Both the position numbers and the translations under genes were made by a program. A stretch of 64,000 nucleotides of DNA from the human T2T-CHM13v2.0 reference genome, Homo sapiens. How positions within the stretch are numbered: the stretch's first letter is position 1; the number at the start of each line of letters is the position of its first letter. Positions 12,195 to 26,915 of the stretch are shown piece by piece. Below the pieces are notes generated by a model. It was not told the DNA's origin. It was given only the letters and a program-made list of their open reading frames with translations, and did no database searches. The stretch lies in the NCBI RefSeq assembly GCF_009914755.1, contig NC_060931.1; one strand, written 5' to 3'.

Positions 12195-12394
12195 CAAGTT
12201 GAGTAGCCCTTATCTGAAACGCTTGGACTAGAAGTGTTTCAGTTTTTGGAATATTTGCATTATTCTTAGGGCTTAGCTTCATTCACCTGGAAATCTCATA
12301 TTCAAAATCCTCCAGTGAGCATTTTCTTTGAGCATTATGTTAGTGTTCAAAACATTTCAGATTTTGGATTTTTGGATTAGGGATGTTCAACCTG
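12195..12394. mobile_element. Tigger4a/MER46-type MITE
   Basis: TIRs caagttga...tcaacctg flanked by TA. Confidence 0.7.
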
Positions 12395-13516
12395 TATAGG
12401 AATCATTTTAATCTATTTTTGGCAGTTGCTCACACAGTTTCTTTACTTTTGAGTTTATTTTTTATGGTAAGCCTTCTTAAATCCTTTCTGGGAGTAGATT
12501 CAGAGTGAGAGAAAGGAGCCCAGTGATTTCCTAAACAGGTCATCGCATCAGGACAACCTAGAAGACGTTTCCCAGGCATTGAATTAGAAGCTCTGGGACT
12601 GGCCTGGAAAGGTCTATTTTCAAAAAAAAGCCACTCCTAGGCTATTCTGAAAGAATCAGTTTGGGATTGATCTGGGGCTGGCATGTGAGATCCACTGATC
12701 TTGTTTAACTCCTGTACTGTTTGTAGTTGAAGGGGCGGGACATAAATGATAAGTGAAATGTATGTATGTGGGGGTGGGTGCACCAGAATTTTATGAGGGG
12801 AGGATAGTGGTTTCTTTCTCTTCGCGTTTGTCTTGATGGTTCCCAGGACGCTTTGTTTTTAATTTGTGGCTCAATATTGGGCTGGGGTCCTCAGGGTCCA
12901 CTTATAGTGACTCAGATCCTATTCCTAGGTCACAACTGACAGCTGAGAAGTTGTTTTATATTCCTGATTTAGGCCATATGCTCATTTTAACACTCATCTG
13001 CGACTTTTCCTTCTGTTTGCATAGATTCCCAGGATCTTCCTGTAATTTGGCACCAATAACTTGGCACATTATTTCAATGGAAGTCTTTAGTGTCATTTAC
13101 AAAACTAAGATTTTAAATTCCTCACTTTCTGTTCTTGCAATCCTGAGGAGCTTCATCCCTAGGCCTTTTGGATCTCTCCTGTTTCTTATTCATAGGCCCC
13201 ATTCTTAACAACACTAAAACCCCAAATGATCTACTCAATGGTCTTAGTCTTTATATTCCACTAGCTTGTCTAATATGGAAGTAAAAATAATTCTCAGGTC
13301 TTACGAAGTCCTTATGATTAGGGGTCACATTTACAGTTCCCTTGATGGCCTTTTTTCATTTTGGTCAACAGTTTTCCAGTTTATCCTGGAATTCCTTCAG
13401 AGCGTTCAGGTGGATGTCATCCAGTGTTAGTAATTGAATAATTGGTATTTCTATACTCAACTTGCTGTTAAAATTTCAAGCAGTAGAGAGGTATGAAGTA
13501 AAAAAGAAAAATCCCT

Positions 13517-13810
13517 AGCTGGGCATGGTGGCCCACGCCTGTAATCTCAGCACTTTGGGAAGCCGAGGTGGGTAGATCACTTGAGGTTAGGAGTTTGAGA
13601 CCAGCCTGGCCAACATGGCAAAACCCCATCTCTACTAAAAATACAAAAATTAGCCGGGCATGGTGGTGCGTGCCTGTAATCCCGGTTACTCAAGAGGCTG
13701 AGGGATGAGAATCTCTTGAACCTGGGAGGTGGAGGTTGCAGTGAGCCAAGATCATGCCACTGCACTGCAGCCTGGGCGGCAGAGGAAGACACAGTCTCAA
13801 AAAAAAAAAA
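13517..13810 (+). mobile_element. Alu (S-like)
   Basis: Full dimer + poly(A). Confidence 0.92.
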
Positions 13811-14452
13811 TCTCTCTCTCTCTGCCCTCCTTGCCCCTCAGTTTTCTACCATTCATTCTCATCCTCCCAGCAAACGTCAACAGTGTATTTGCTTCCAAAA
13901 TGTTTCATGCAGATACACACCCTCTCCTCCTTTTTAAAAGAAACTGAAATAGGGTCAATCTCTATGTGTCTGGCAATTTTCTTTTTTTAGTAAATTGTCA
14001 TGACTATCTTTCTGTCGTAGATCTACCTCATTCTTTTTTAATGGTTGAGCGGTATTCCACAGTTTGGATGTATATTATCTATTTTTCTGTTGATATATGT
14101 TGTTTTTAGCTTTTCATAATTCTAAGCACTATTGCACTGATTGAACTGTATATCTTTGTGCTCTGATGCTAGCGTTTGTATAAGATAGATTCTAAAAGTG
14201 CAGCCACTGGTACCTTTTTTGTAACCTTTTTTGTTTTTGGTGGTGGTTGGGGTGCTTTACTTGTACCTTAGCTGTTTATTTCTTACAGGTGTCATGTTAG
14301 ATAAAATTTAGGGTAAAATACTGCTTAGTAGCTCATTACTCAATAGTTTTTTTGTTTGGTAGTTTTATTTCCCCAATAAGACTATTCCTGAAAGCCACTT
14401 TGCCTTTTCTGTGGAGCGCAGGGCCCAGCACCTGGGCCTTGGTAAATAATTA

Positions 14453-15054
14453 CTGTTGTCCCTTGGTATTTGGTTCCAAGACTTCCCCAACCTCCCAATA
14501 TCTGGAGATGCTCAAGTCCCTTGTATAACATGGGATAGTATTTGCACATAACCCGTGCACAACCTCTTTTATCTTTTTTTTTTTTTTTTTTTTGAGACAG
14601 AATCTCTCTGTCACCCAGGCTAGAGTACAGTGGCACAATCATGGCTTACTGCAGCCTCAACCTCCCAGGCTCAGGTGATCCTCCCACCTCAGCCCGCTGA
14701 GTAGCTGGGACTACAGGTACATGCCACCACACCCGGCTAATAAATTTTTTGTGGAGACGGGGTCTCCCTGTCTTGCCTAGGCTGGTGTTGAACTCCTGGG
14801 CTGAAATGATCCTCCTGCCTCAGCCTCCAAAAGTGCTGGAATTACAGGTGTGAGCCACTGTGCCCAGCCTCCTGTATGCTTTAAATCATGTCTAGGTTAC
14901 TAATAATACCTAATACAGTGTAAATGCTATGTAGATAGTTGCTATATTTTATTGTTTTAAAATTTTTTTATTGTTGCATTGTTATTCTTACTGTTTTTTT
15001 CTTGAATATTTTTGACCCATGGTTGGTTGAATCCACGGATGTGAGGGCCTACTG
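14453..15054. mobile_element. MER2 (TcMar-Tigger) interrupted by an antisense Alu (~14567-14869)
   Basis: gatgctcaagtcccttgtata...tttaaatcat...ggttggttgaatccacggatg MER2 hallmarks on both sides of the Alu. Confidence 0.8.
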
Positions 15055-15059
15055 TACTT

Positions 15060-15358
15060 CTTTTTTTTTTTTTGAGATGGAGTCTCGCTCTGTCGCCAGG
15101 CTGGTGTGCAGTGGCACAATCTCGGCTCAGTGAAACCTCCACCTCTCGGGTTCAAGTGACTCCCCTGCCTCAGCCTCCCAAGTAGCTGGGACTACAGGTG
15201 CATGCCACTATGCCTGGCTAATGTTTGTTTTTTGTATTTTAGTAGAGATGGGGTTTCACCGTGTTGGCCAGGATGGTCTCCATCTCCTTACCTCGTGATC
15301 CGCCTACCTCGGCCTCCCAAAGTGCTGGGATTACAGGCGTGAGCCACCACGCCTGGCC
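15060..15358 (-). mobile_element. Alu (S-like)
   Basis: TSD TACTGTACTTC. Confidence 0.92.
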
Positions 15359-15637
15359 TTACTGTACTTCTTAATTGGTTGCCGGCCCCGCCAACCCCAG
15401 GTGTCTTAAGGTCTTAATACTGACAGGTGGAGTAGATCCTTTTTGGCTTTGTTTTTAATCTGCTTTCTCTGGGTTCTGGAGAGTTCCATGACTAAGGAAA
15501 TTTTTGACTTCCTAAAGTGCAGATAGACAGGTGGAGGTGAGAGGCAAAATCATGTGAGAGAAGTCTGACTTTTTTCCTATTTGCTGGCTCATAGCTCTTC
15601 CTCTTTTTCCTTTTTCTTCTTGGATAAGAAGGTGGTG

Positions 15638-16625
15638 TGTGATATTGTGATGTAAAAAGAAATATATCTGGTCGTGGTCTTCTTGGCACAGAGCTCCTAA
15701 AACTCTAGTCATTTCTTTTTTGCTTTTTTCGAGACAAGGTCTCTGTTGCTCAGGCTGGAGTGCAGTGGTGCGACCACAACTCGCTGCAGCCTCAGCCTGC
15801 CAGGCTTAAGACATCCTCTGGCTAATTTTTGTATTTTTTGTAGAGGCGGGGTCTCTCTGTGCTACCCAGGCTGGTCTTGAACTCCTGGGCTCAAGTGATC
15901 CTCCTACCTTGACCTCCCAAAGTGTTGGGATTACAGGCGTGAGCCACTCTGCCCAGCAAACAAGCCCCTCTGAACCACACTTGAGTTAATGAGTGACTCT
16001 GGGAAGCTCCTAAGTGTGAGTGGGGCCTGGTTACTAGAGATCGAGTTCAATCACTGATGGCCAGTCATTTAATAAATCATGCCAATGTAAGGTAACCTCC
16101 TTAAATGATGGGGTTTGGAGAGCTTTGGGGTTGGGGAAAATGGGGAGGTGCTGAGAGGGTGGTGTGCCCAGAGAGGGCATGGAGGCTGTGCACTCCACCC
16201 CCCATATATTACCTTATGTATCTCTTCCATCTGGCTGTTCCTGAGTTGTATACTTTTATATAAATCTAGTTACTAGTAAGTAGGCTGTTTTCCAGAGTTC
16301 TGTGAGCTATTCTAGCAAATTAATAAACCCGAGAAGAGGCTCATGAGAACACACACCTGATTTATAGCTGGTCAGTCATTAAGGGTGGCTTGAGCTTGGC
16401 ATCTTCAGTGGGAGGAGTATTGTGGGATGGCACTTTTGACTTGTGGGATCTGACACTAATTCCAGGAAGACAGTGTCTGAATTGAATTGAATTGTAGAAC
16501 ACCCAGTTGGTGTCTGCAGAGAATTAGAGGATTGCTTGGTGTGGAAAAAAACCCACACACATTTGGTGTCAGAAATGTTTGTGTGACTGTAGAAGAAAAA
16601 CAAAAACAATTTTTTTGTCCTTTTT
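15638..16625 (+). mobile_element. MER21-type LTR with a nested internally deleted antisense Alu (~15715-15957)
   Basis: tgtgatattgtgat...gagttctgtgagc...gaattgaattgaattg MER21 hallmarks. Confidence 0.75.
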
Positions 16626-16828
16626 AGGGTGGTAGGTGGTAGTAGGAATGACAATATCTGGCACGGAGAACACTTGTTTTTTAGAGTTGTTTGGGGAGAT
16701 ATCACTGGACCAGGGGATCTGGTTTGCAGCCTTTCTGGATACTGGGAAGTGCTCATCCTAATCCTGGTATTGGTTTACCCAAAGTTTCCCAGGCTTCACA
16801 TGTTTCTGTACTCCTGCAGTGGTTTTGA

Positions 16829-17169
<341 letters not shown>

Positions 17170-19789
17170 GACAGTCAACAATTTTTAAAATTTAAATAAT
17201 TTTATTTCTAAAGGCAACTTAAATTTCACTATTGAAAATGGAAAGTCAATATTAAAGAAAAAATTATTCATGACACTTGTTAAAGATGGTAAGGCAGACT
17301 TTATTCAAGGAGGGCTGTGGTGATAGGTATAGGGACCACTGCAGTGGAGTCTTGCATTGGGAAGGAGCGATTTAGAGGTATTTGTTTCCAGTCTCTGAAA
17401 TAACTAATGTGATGTTATTTTCAGCCTTAGGAATTCTGTTCCAGGAGAGCGGGAATTACTGTTTTATAGCCTTTAATACAAGGACATTAAAAAAAATTTT
17501 GGTAATAACCCAAAACAGAATCACTGTGCCAAGTGACATTTATCTGCTTGCCTATCAGGACTCTGCCGCAGGTTTTAATGAGAAAAGTGGTGCATTCTAT
17601 TCCTCCCGGTGTGTAAGGTAGAGGGACACTCCCGAGTACCTGGGTCCTGAAATCCCGCCATGATCTATTATTGTGTGTGGTAATTACTTGCATTATTGCT
17701 CTTGGCAGGTGAGCCCTTTCACAGCCCAGAGGCCAGGAGGCTGCCTCTATCACTTAAAAGCTGAGTTATCTTGTTAAGCTGTTCTCTTGTGAGGGCTTTA
17801 GAATCTCCTGAGACCTCCCCACAAGCTCTCAGCAGGACACAGGTCCAGCTCCTGGCTAAGCCTGCCCTGCCCTTGTATTCGGCCCCTGAACCGTAGCTCT
17901 AGAGGAATAACTTGCCATTATATTACAAGTAAGGCGATGTGGGGCTGCTAGCCCGGACTGCTTGGTTTCCATTTAATCCTTAAGAGTTCCCATATTGGTG
18001 CTCTTAATGAAAGTTCTTAGGAGAAAATGTGTTCCTTTGATTATCAACAGGAGGAGCTGAAAGGCAATGTAGAGAGAAGAATAAGCTCAGGACTCAGATT
18101 ATCTGAGGAAAAGGGCCTCAGAAAATTGATTTTTGGAAGTGGTTGATGGCACAAGGCTAAGCATACAGTAAAGGTGGCCCCTGAGTCTGAGCTGTCATAA
18201 ACTTTCATTTGAAATCTCTGCTTTATATGTTAAAGAGTTTAATTATTTGTTATTCATTGGAGAGAGTGCCCCCCTCAAAAAAAAAAAGGTGTGGACAATC
18301 ACAGAGCTGCGCTTTAGTGATAGCATAGGGAAGGTAGAATATTATGAGTGTTTTTAATAAAAATGGATGAGAAGTCTCTTTTATGGACAGTACTTGCAGT
18401 GCCGGGATCATAAACAAGTTCCAGATCATGCTGATATAGCTGCCTGTTAAATATCTTGATGTGTGCAGATCTGTGTTTGATGACAGAGGGCGGGAAGGGC
18501 CTGGGACACTGGCATCGTGGTGGGGAAGGACTGACCAGTTCTCTTGTAATTGCCAGCTGTGTTAGATGATCAGGGACTTGAGTTTTTATTCCTTTATGAT
18601 AATCTCCCTAGGATTTTAATAATGAGGAGAATCCTAGGATGGTACCTTAATTCAGCAATAATGGACTTTAAAATGTTTATGGTAGACCTGTGATTTGCAC
18701 TTTATTTTGACATCTAAAATTGACTATCAGTATTTCAAATAGGAAAAATTTCCTATTTGAGTTTGGAAAATAAGTGGGGAAAAGTCATGCTTCTCATGAG
18801 TATCATAGAAGCTGACTTATTTCCTCAAGCTCTATGGTCAGCTCTGTATATAAATCTGAGTAAGTATATTAGACATTCTTTAGAGATGATTCACTCTGAG
18901 TAATACTGAGTATTATACTTAACATCACTATTTCTATAGGTCAAGTTTAGGGAAAAGTGTGCATGACTTTACAGGAACAAACCTGAAGAAGAGTAAATGC
19001 AGTCATTTTCATTTCTCTAAGATATTTCAAGATCTCTGGTTGGCTTTCATTTAGTTGTATCTGGTATACAGGTCCCCTACCACGTTTTATCATTTTATTA
19101 TGATTTGATATTTTGTACAGTACATTTTACTCAGGGGCACAGTGATGGCAGTGCTGTGAGGAGGAGAGATGAGATGACAGCAGCCATTGTTATTATGGCT
19201 AGTAACGCAGTAGCTGCTGTCCCCCATCCCTGGATCAGGAACAGCAGCTGCTGTGCTTCTCTCCTTTCTCTGGGCCTTGGAACTGGGGAGGAGGAAAGTT
19301 AAAGTTAAAGGAAGTTAAAGGAAGGGGTTGCTGGACTTAACGGATTTCTGGTAGTGCCCAAACTAAATCTTTAGACTAGGGCTGAGTCCATCATTGTTTG
19401 GTAAACAATATTACAGATCAGGCGTCGAAAAATATTCCGAAAGCACAGTCCTTGGAATTGTTAATCCCACTCTTGACAGGCACAAGAACACATCTGTATT
19501 ACAGACATGCACATACAGTGCTTAGAATAGGTCTTTATGTCAAAATGAGAGAGTGTAGAATTTGGTGTTTTGAGTGGCTGCATTGTTTTCCATTATGTAA
19601 AATGCTGTTGATCAACTACACTTTGAAAGCACTGAAGAGTTAAGTTATATGACTGCTAGTCAACATGGCTACAGTCTCAGGGGAAGAAAAATGACTCAGT
19701 TAAATGCCATCATCTTTCAATAGAAACAAAAGAAAAAGGCAGAATTGAAGAGAGGCATGTGCAGAAATCTTCTGAAGGAGACTATAGAA

Positions 19790-19920
19790 CAGTAGTCACC
19801 TGAGAACTTGTTAGAAATGTAGACCCTCAGACCCTACCCCAAAACTAGTGAATCAGAATCTGCATTTTTACAAGATCCCCAGGTGATTGATGTTTGCACA
19901 GTAAAGTCTGAGAAGTGCTG
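19790..19920. mobile_element. MER5A-type hAT element
   Basis: gaatcagaatctgcatttttacaagatccccaggtgatt. Confidence 0.7.
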
Positions 19921-20682
19921 TCCATTAATTCCCTGCCTCTGTTCCCCACTCTAACTTCCTCATTCAGAAACATATGTTCTCCAGCAAATTCTGCTTAAAC
20001 TTTGACCTTCCTCAAAGAGGACTCCCCAAACCCTAGACTAGATCAGATTGCCCTGCCGTATGAACACCATACTTCTCTCCCATAGAACTCGTGACAGTAT
20101 TACATAAGAGAATAATTGTTTAGTATCAGTCTTCCTGTCTATGCTGGATGTTCTGTAAGGGCAAAGACCATGTCTGTCCTATTCACCATGGTAAATCCAG
20201 AGCCCAGAACAAGACCAGGAAAAAATAAGTATTTTTTTGGAATAAATGAATGGCACTACTGCATATCAAGTACAGTGGTGGACTCAGGAGATGACAACAA
20301 CAATTGAGACATGGTCCTTGTCCTTACCACAGCTCATAGCTTAGTGAATTTTTGCTCAAGTGAATGAAAGCCGAACCCCTAAGAGCATGTACTGCACTCA
20401 CAGCTGCTTTGCCTATTTCTCTGCCAAATGACAAGAGATGGCCCTAATGTCTCTGGGGCCTTCCACTCCCTCGGCATGATCTCTAGGCAAGCATGCCCTC
20501 ACTTCTTTCTCCCCTCATTTGGATTCCCCATTTCCATGGTGCAGTCCCCTGTCCCACCTTCTCCCTCTGCCCTCTTTAATGCAACTCCAACTTGCCTCTG
20601 CATCACTGCATTCTCCCCTCAGTAGTTCATGTTATCTGTGACAACATTTGCTCCAGTCAGATTCCCTCAGCAGTGCCTCCCC

Positions 20683-20973
20683 CTTTTTTTTTTGAGACGG
20701 AGTCTTGCTCTGTTGCCCAGGCTGGAGTGCAGTGGCTTAATCCTGGCTCACTGCAACCTCCGCCTTCCAGGTTCAAGCGATTCTTCTGCGTCAGCCTCCT
20801 GAATAGCTGGGACTACAGGCGCTCGACACCACGACCAGCTCATTTTTGTATTTTTAGTAGAGACGGGGTTTCACCAGGTTGGCCAGGCTGGTCTCGAACT
20901 CTTGCTCAGGTGATCCGTCCACCTTGGCCTCCCAAAGTGCTGGGATTACAGGTGTGAGCCACTGTGCCTGGCC
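20683..20973 (-). mobile_element. Alu (S-like), within L2-like sequence
   Basis: Antisense dimer. Confidence 0.92.
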
Positions 20974-21681
20974 AGCGGTCCCCTTTTTACAGTATATCAA
21001 ATTTCCCTTGTTACCCACTTCAGTAATGTTTTACCTAACTCATTTCTAACCACTCAATTGATTATTTCCTGTGAGCTGTCAAGCCTACTCTGTTCTCAAC
21101 CAAAACCACTCAAATCTATGCAATATCCCTGACCACTTTGGAGAATCTCTCAATTAACTGTTCAATATTCAGTTGTCTTCCCACTTTCCTCAGTCACTAC
21201 CTATATCCTCCAAAGGGATGCTTGGTGTCCGAGCAAATTCTATCATCTCTTCTATGATTATATTGTCCACGAGTCTTATATTTGTTCTTGCTTCCTAGGC
21301 AAGACTCTCAGTAGATTTACCCCAAAGCCTATATCCAATACCATGGTAACAAAAATACATCTGAATGCCTACACTGAGAGCAATGACAGAGTAACAGTAT
21401 TTCCTTCCTGTCCCCTCCATGTACTGTGCTGGCTAAAAATATTACCCTGTTACCTTTGCATTTTGATCCAGACAGCCTGCATTTTAGAGAAGATCAAAGG
21501 TGTGGGGACAGGAGGAGGAAGTGTTAGGATTTGATAAGGAAAAAAGGAAATAAAATTCAGCACCTTGCAGATTAACATAGAGAATTTCTCTTGGCATTCC
21601 CAAAGCATCTTTTCTTTTTTTTTCTAGTTTAGACTGGAGGACTTAGGCATTGTTATTTATGTATTTATTTAACTAATTCTA

Positions 21682-22099
<418 letters not shown>

Positions 22100-22344
22100 T
22101 CTCAGGCATTGTTTTTGATAATACGATTCTTTTTTGAAAATAAAGACAGCCAACTCTCAAGAGTGAACGGTTTGCGGCCAGATTGGAAAACTTCACTTAA
22201 ACCAAAAACAGATTTAATGGTCTTGCCTCTTATAGAAAGTTCTCAGTTACTTTAACTCTGAACTTCCATGACTTGTTTCTCAAATCTTTTGAGACACTAA
22301 GAGGTTTCTAGCTTGTCTGAATATAAAACCTAATTAGATCACAT

Positions 22345-22494
22345 TTATTTATTTATTTATTTTTATTTTTAATTTTTCTGTAGTAATGGGTCTCACTTTG
22401 TTGACCTAGCTGGTCTTGAAATCCTGGCCCCGAGAGATCTTGCCTTGGCCTCCCAAAGTGCTGGGATTATAGGCGTGAGCCATTGCACTCAGCC
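22345..22494 (-). mobile_element. Alu left monomer (FLAM-like)
   Basis: Single antisense monomer with TTTA tail. Confidence 0.8.
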
Positions 22495-23024
22495 ATAGAT
22501 CACGTTTATATGCAATTAAAAAAAAAAAAAACCATGAGATAATTGGCATAGGAAGGAAAAGGGATATCTTTAAAACCCAAGATCTTTTTTGGAGCAGTAG
22601 TCTTTTTGAACAGCACACTCAGAAAGTTTGAATTCTGTGATTTGAAAGCGTCTACCATTTTATTTCATTTGGAAAAGATAATGAAACAGTGCATGGATCA
22701 CACAGAAAGATGTATGGTCCATGCAACATAATAATAGTTTGATATTCAAATTCTTAGAAGTTGCATGTGCATGGAGAGAGGGAGGACTGGGCTAGGGAGA
22801 GACAAAGTTTCAGAACCACCAACGAGACCTAGTTCCAGTGATTTGTCTATCACTGATGCTCTACAACAGCCTTTAGTATGTTTAGCATCTTGAAAGGTGT
22901 TTTAAAAAACTTCTTATTGTGAAATAATTTCAAACTTTGAGAAAAGTTAGAATAATAGAGATAACTCCTGTATCCCCTTTACCAAGAGTCCCTAACTGCC
23001 TTATCATCCTCTCTATATTTATTA

Positions 23025-23843
23025 CATCCAATCATTATTCATTCACAGTAGTTATGTTCTATAAAGTTGCAAACACTGTGAATCTATTGAGTACTGATGG
23101 TTAGGTCCCTTCAAACTTCTGGTCACATTTTCATCAACTGATCAATACCTGACCTTGTTCTATGCGCACGCTCCTGGTTTATTTGTTTGTTTGTTTGGAG
23201 ATGGAGTCTTGCTATGTTGCCCGGGCTGGAGTGCAGTGGCTCTTCACAGGCTGAGTCATCATAGTACACTATAGCCTTGAACTCTTGGCTTCAAGTGATT
23301 CTCCTGCCTCAGCCTCCCGAGTAGCTGAAACTATTTGCAGGTACCACTGTGCTTGGCTATTTGTGTACTTCTGTTTAAAGACACTTTATTTGATATATAT
23401 TTTTGATTCTTTAACTTTGAACTCAAAGCCAATAGCACTATAACTCATGACTGAATGAAGTTTATCTGTCACATATCTGTTTTCTCTGTAAGGTACATCA
23501 TAGCAGCTTTCTTGTGCTAGGAATACTAGACAGCAAGTCAGAACTACCATTTGGGGCTATTTTAAACAGTGAAATAAACAGTAGCACTAAAATGTAAAAA
23601 ATGTGGCATTAAATAGACCACATAAAGAACACTTGTTTACTGAGTGAAAGCTGAAACAAGAAGGCAGAGCATTTCCCTGCTGGGAACGAGGACATAGGCA
23701 ACTCAAAGTTTTGCCACTTTGTGCGTGTACATGCCTGTAAATAACAGTAACAGTGCTGAGAGTATTGATTTGGGGGTTACAAATATATTATAGTGAGTAG
23801 GCAAATTTGAAAATTCAGAATCTGAACAGTGAGGATCTTCCGT
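23025..23843. mobile_element. MER82-like Tigger DNA transposon with a nested Alu monomer (~23180-23358)
   Basis: gagtattgatttgggggttacaaata...gtaggcaaattt terminus. Confidence 0.65.
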
Positions 23844-24004
23844 ATTTTTTTTTTCTGAATTATTTGAGAGTAATCTGCAGATACGGTATCCCATATACCA
23901 TATCCCTTTCATACTTTAATACTTCTAACTATTGTCTTAAAACCGGGGATATCCATCTATAGGAACACAATAAAACCATCAAGATCAGAAATTAACATGG
24001 TTAT

Positions 24005-24388
<384 letters not shown>

Positions 24389-24699
24389 TCACCTATTAGC
24401 TGTCATGTCTCTAGTTTCCTTCATTCAGAAATAATTCCTCAGTCTTTCCTTGATTTTCATGATCCTGATGTTTTTTCCAAGAGTTACTTTATAGAATGTG
24501 CCTTGTCATGAGTTTGTCTGTTGCTTCCTTATGATTGAATTTAAGACTGTAATTTTGGCAGAAATACCACATAAATGATGCTAAGTTCTCCTCAGTGCAC
24601 CATATCAGTGAGGCACACCATGTCACTGTCACATTACTAGTGTTGATAACTGTAATTACTTGATTAAGATGGTGTCTGTCAGGTTTCCTCAGTGTAATT

Positions 24700-24955
24700 T
24701 TAGGTATAAGTATCTTATATAATAAGTATTTTATGTAATAAGTAATACATATTTTAACCTGTTCATTATTTAGTAATATATATCCTTCGGTAGGAGATAG
24801 CTAAACTATATATTCTATTATATATGATATATGATATATAATATATATCATATATAAACATATACTATATATTATAATATATGATATATAATAGATATCA
24901 TGTAATGTTATATATGATATATAACTATATTATATAGTATTATAATATGTAACTA
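24700..24955. repeat. AT-rich (TA)n-like low-complexity tract
   Basis: atatgatatata repeats, very high AT. Confidence 0.85.
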
Positions 24956-24956
24956 G

Positions 24957-25343
<387 letters not shown>

Positions 25344-25655
25344 TAATTCCATCATCCAACATTTATTAGTTGTTTTTCAACTGTAATAGAGAACTTTCTC
25401 TTCCACATTTTTTATTCATGTATTTATTCAGTGGATTATAATCTATTACTATTATGTTGATTTTAAAGTTGTCCCAGTTTTGGCTAATGAGAGCTCTTGT
25501 AAGCTGGTTCTTATGTCGTTTTGTTATGTCCCCATTATTTGAGTACTTTCTTCTGACACAGCAAGGTATTCCAGGCTCATATTGTACTTTCCCTGCCGCA
25601 ACCCTGGAATCAGCTGTTTCTTCAAGAAGCCTTGGTTCTATTTAGCAGAGAAGAG

Positions 25656-25850
25656 TTTTCCTTCCTTCCCTTTCCTTCCCTTTCCTTTTCCTTCCTTCTC
25701 CTTCCTTCTCCTCCCTCCCTCCCTGCCTGCCTCCCTGTCTCCCTGTCTCTGTCTTCCTGTCTTCCTGCCTTCCTCTCTCCCTTCCTGCCTTGCTCTCTCC
25801 TTTCCTGCCTTCCTCCCTCCCTTCCTGCCCTCCTCCCTCCTTCCGTCCCC
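25656..25850 (+). repeat. Polypyrimidine (CCTT/CCCT/CCTG)n low-complexity tract
   Basis: ~195 nt almost free of A. Confidence 0.9.
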
Positions 25851-26602
25851 ACTTGCATTTCTGCATTCCGTCCAAGAAACAGGAATGTTTAGCCAAGATC
25901 TGGGTACTAGGTGTGCCCATTGCTACTAGGGTATCATAGTTTTTGGGCCCTCTTCTTTAGTGGATGGAGTCAGGAAATATTTGTATATATAAACAACACA
26001 CATGTATCTCTCTATTTTTATATTTATCTGTATATATTAAAAAACAAGGGTTTACTTCTAATCCAACAGGATTTTTTTTTCTGGACTTTCTGTATCTGTA
26101 ACTCTCCTCTGAGAAACCTAGCTCTCATTATCCTCCAGGTATGATTTGCTCAGTTCCCCTGTAGGTAACAAATCTGCTCACACTGAGTCTTCAGCTTTCT
26201 GTGACCTGCCAGCAAATGCTGGTTTAATCTTCAGGTCCTAGTACCCTGCCAGCTTGCGCTGACCAAGGGGAGTGTTTATAGCTTTTTTGACCTGTTGGTA
26301 GCTTAAAGTGATTTAGCCATAGGATTAGTCACCCTTAAAATAAGGACTGCCTAGCATCATAGCAGAAAATTAGCATCTCTTTTGTTTTTGGAGAAAAAAA
26401 ATGCTTTGCTTTTAGGCATTTTTTTCTTTGAAATATTTCCAGCTTCCTTTTAAACTTCTTGGAAGGCTTGAGCTGGGTTTATTTTTTTCCTCCAAATTTA
26501 ATGTGCTTTTCGTATTTGTCTGGAATTGAAATAAAGTACTTTTAAAAATGATCTCCAGTTTTTCTGTGATGTATTTAGTGTTTAAAACAAACACTTTATT
26601 TT

Positions 26603-26915
<313 letters not shown>

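Noticed and set aside
25582-25929. Low-complexity P/S/L/F- and G/R/E-rich ORFs (also 59888-60139 and 57166-57432)
   Set aside because: Translations of simple repeats
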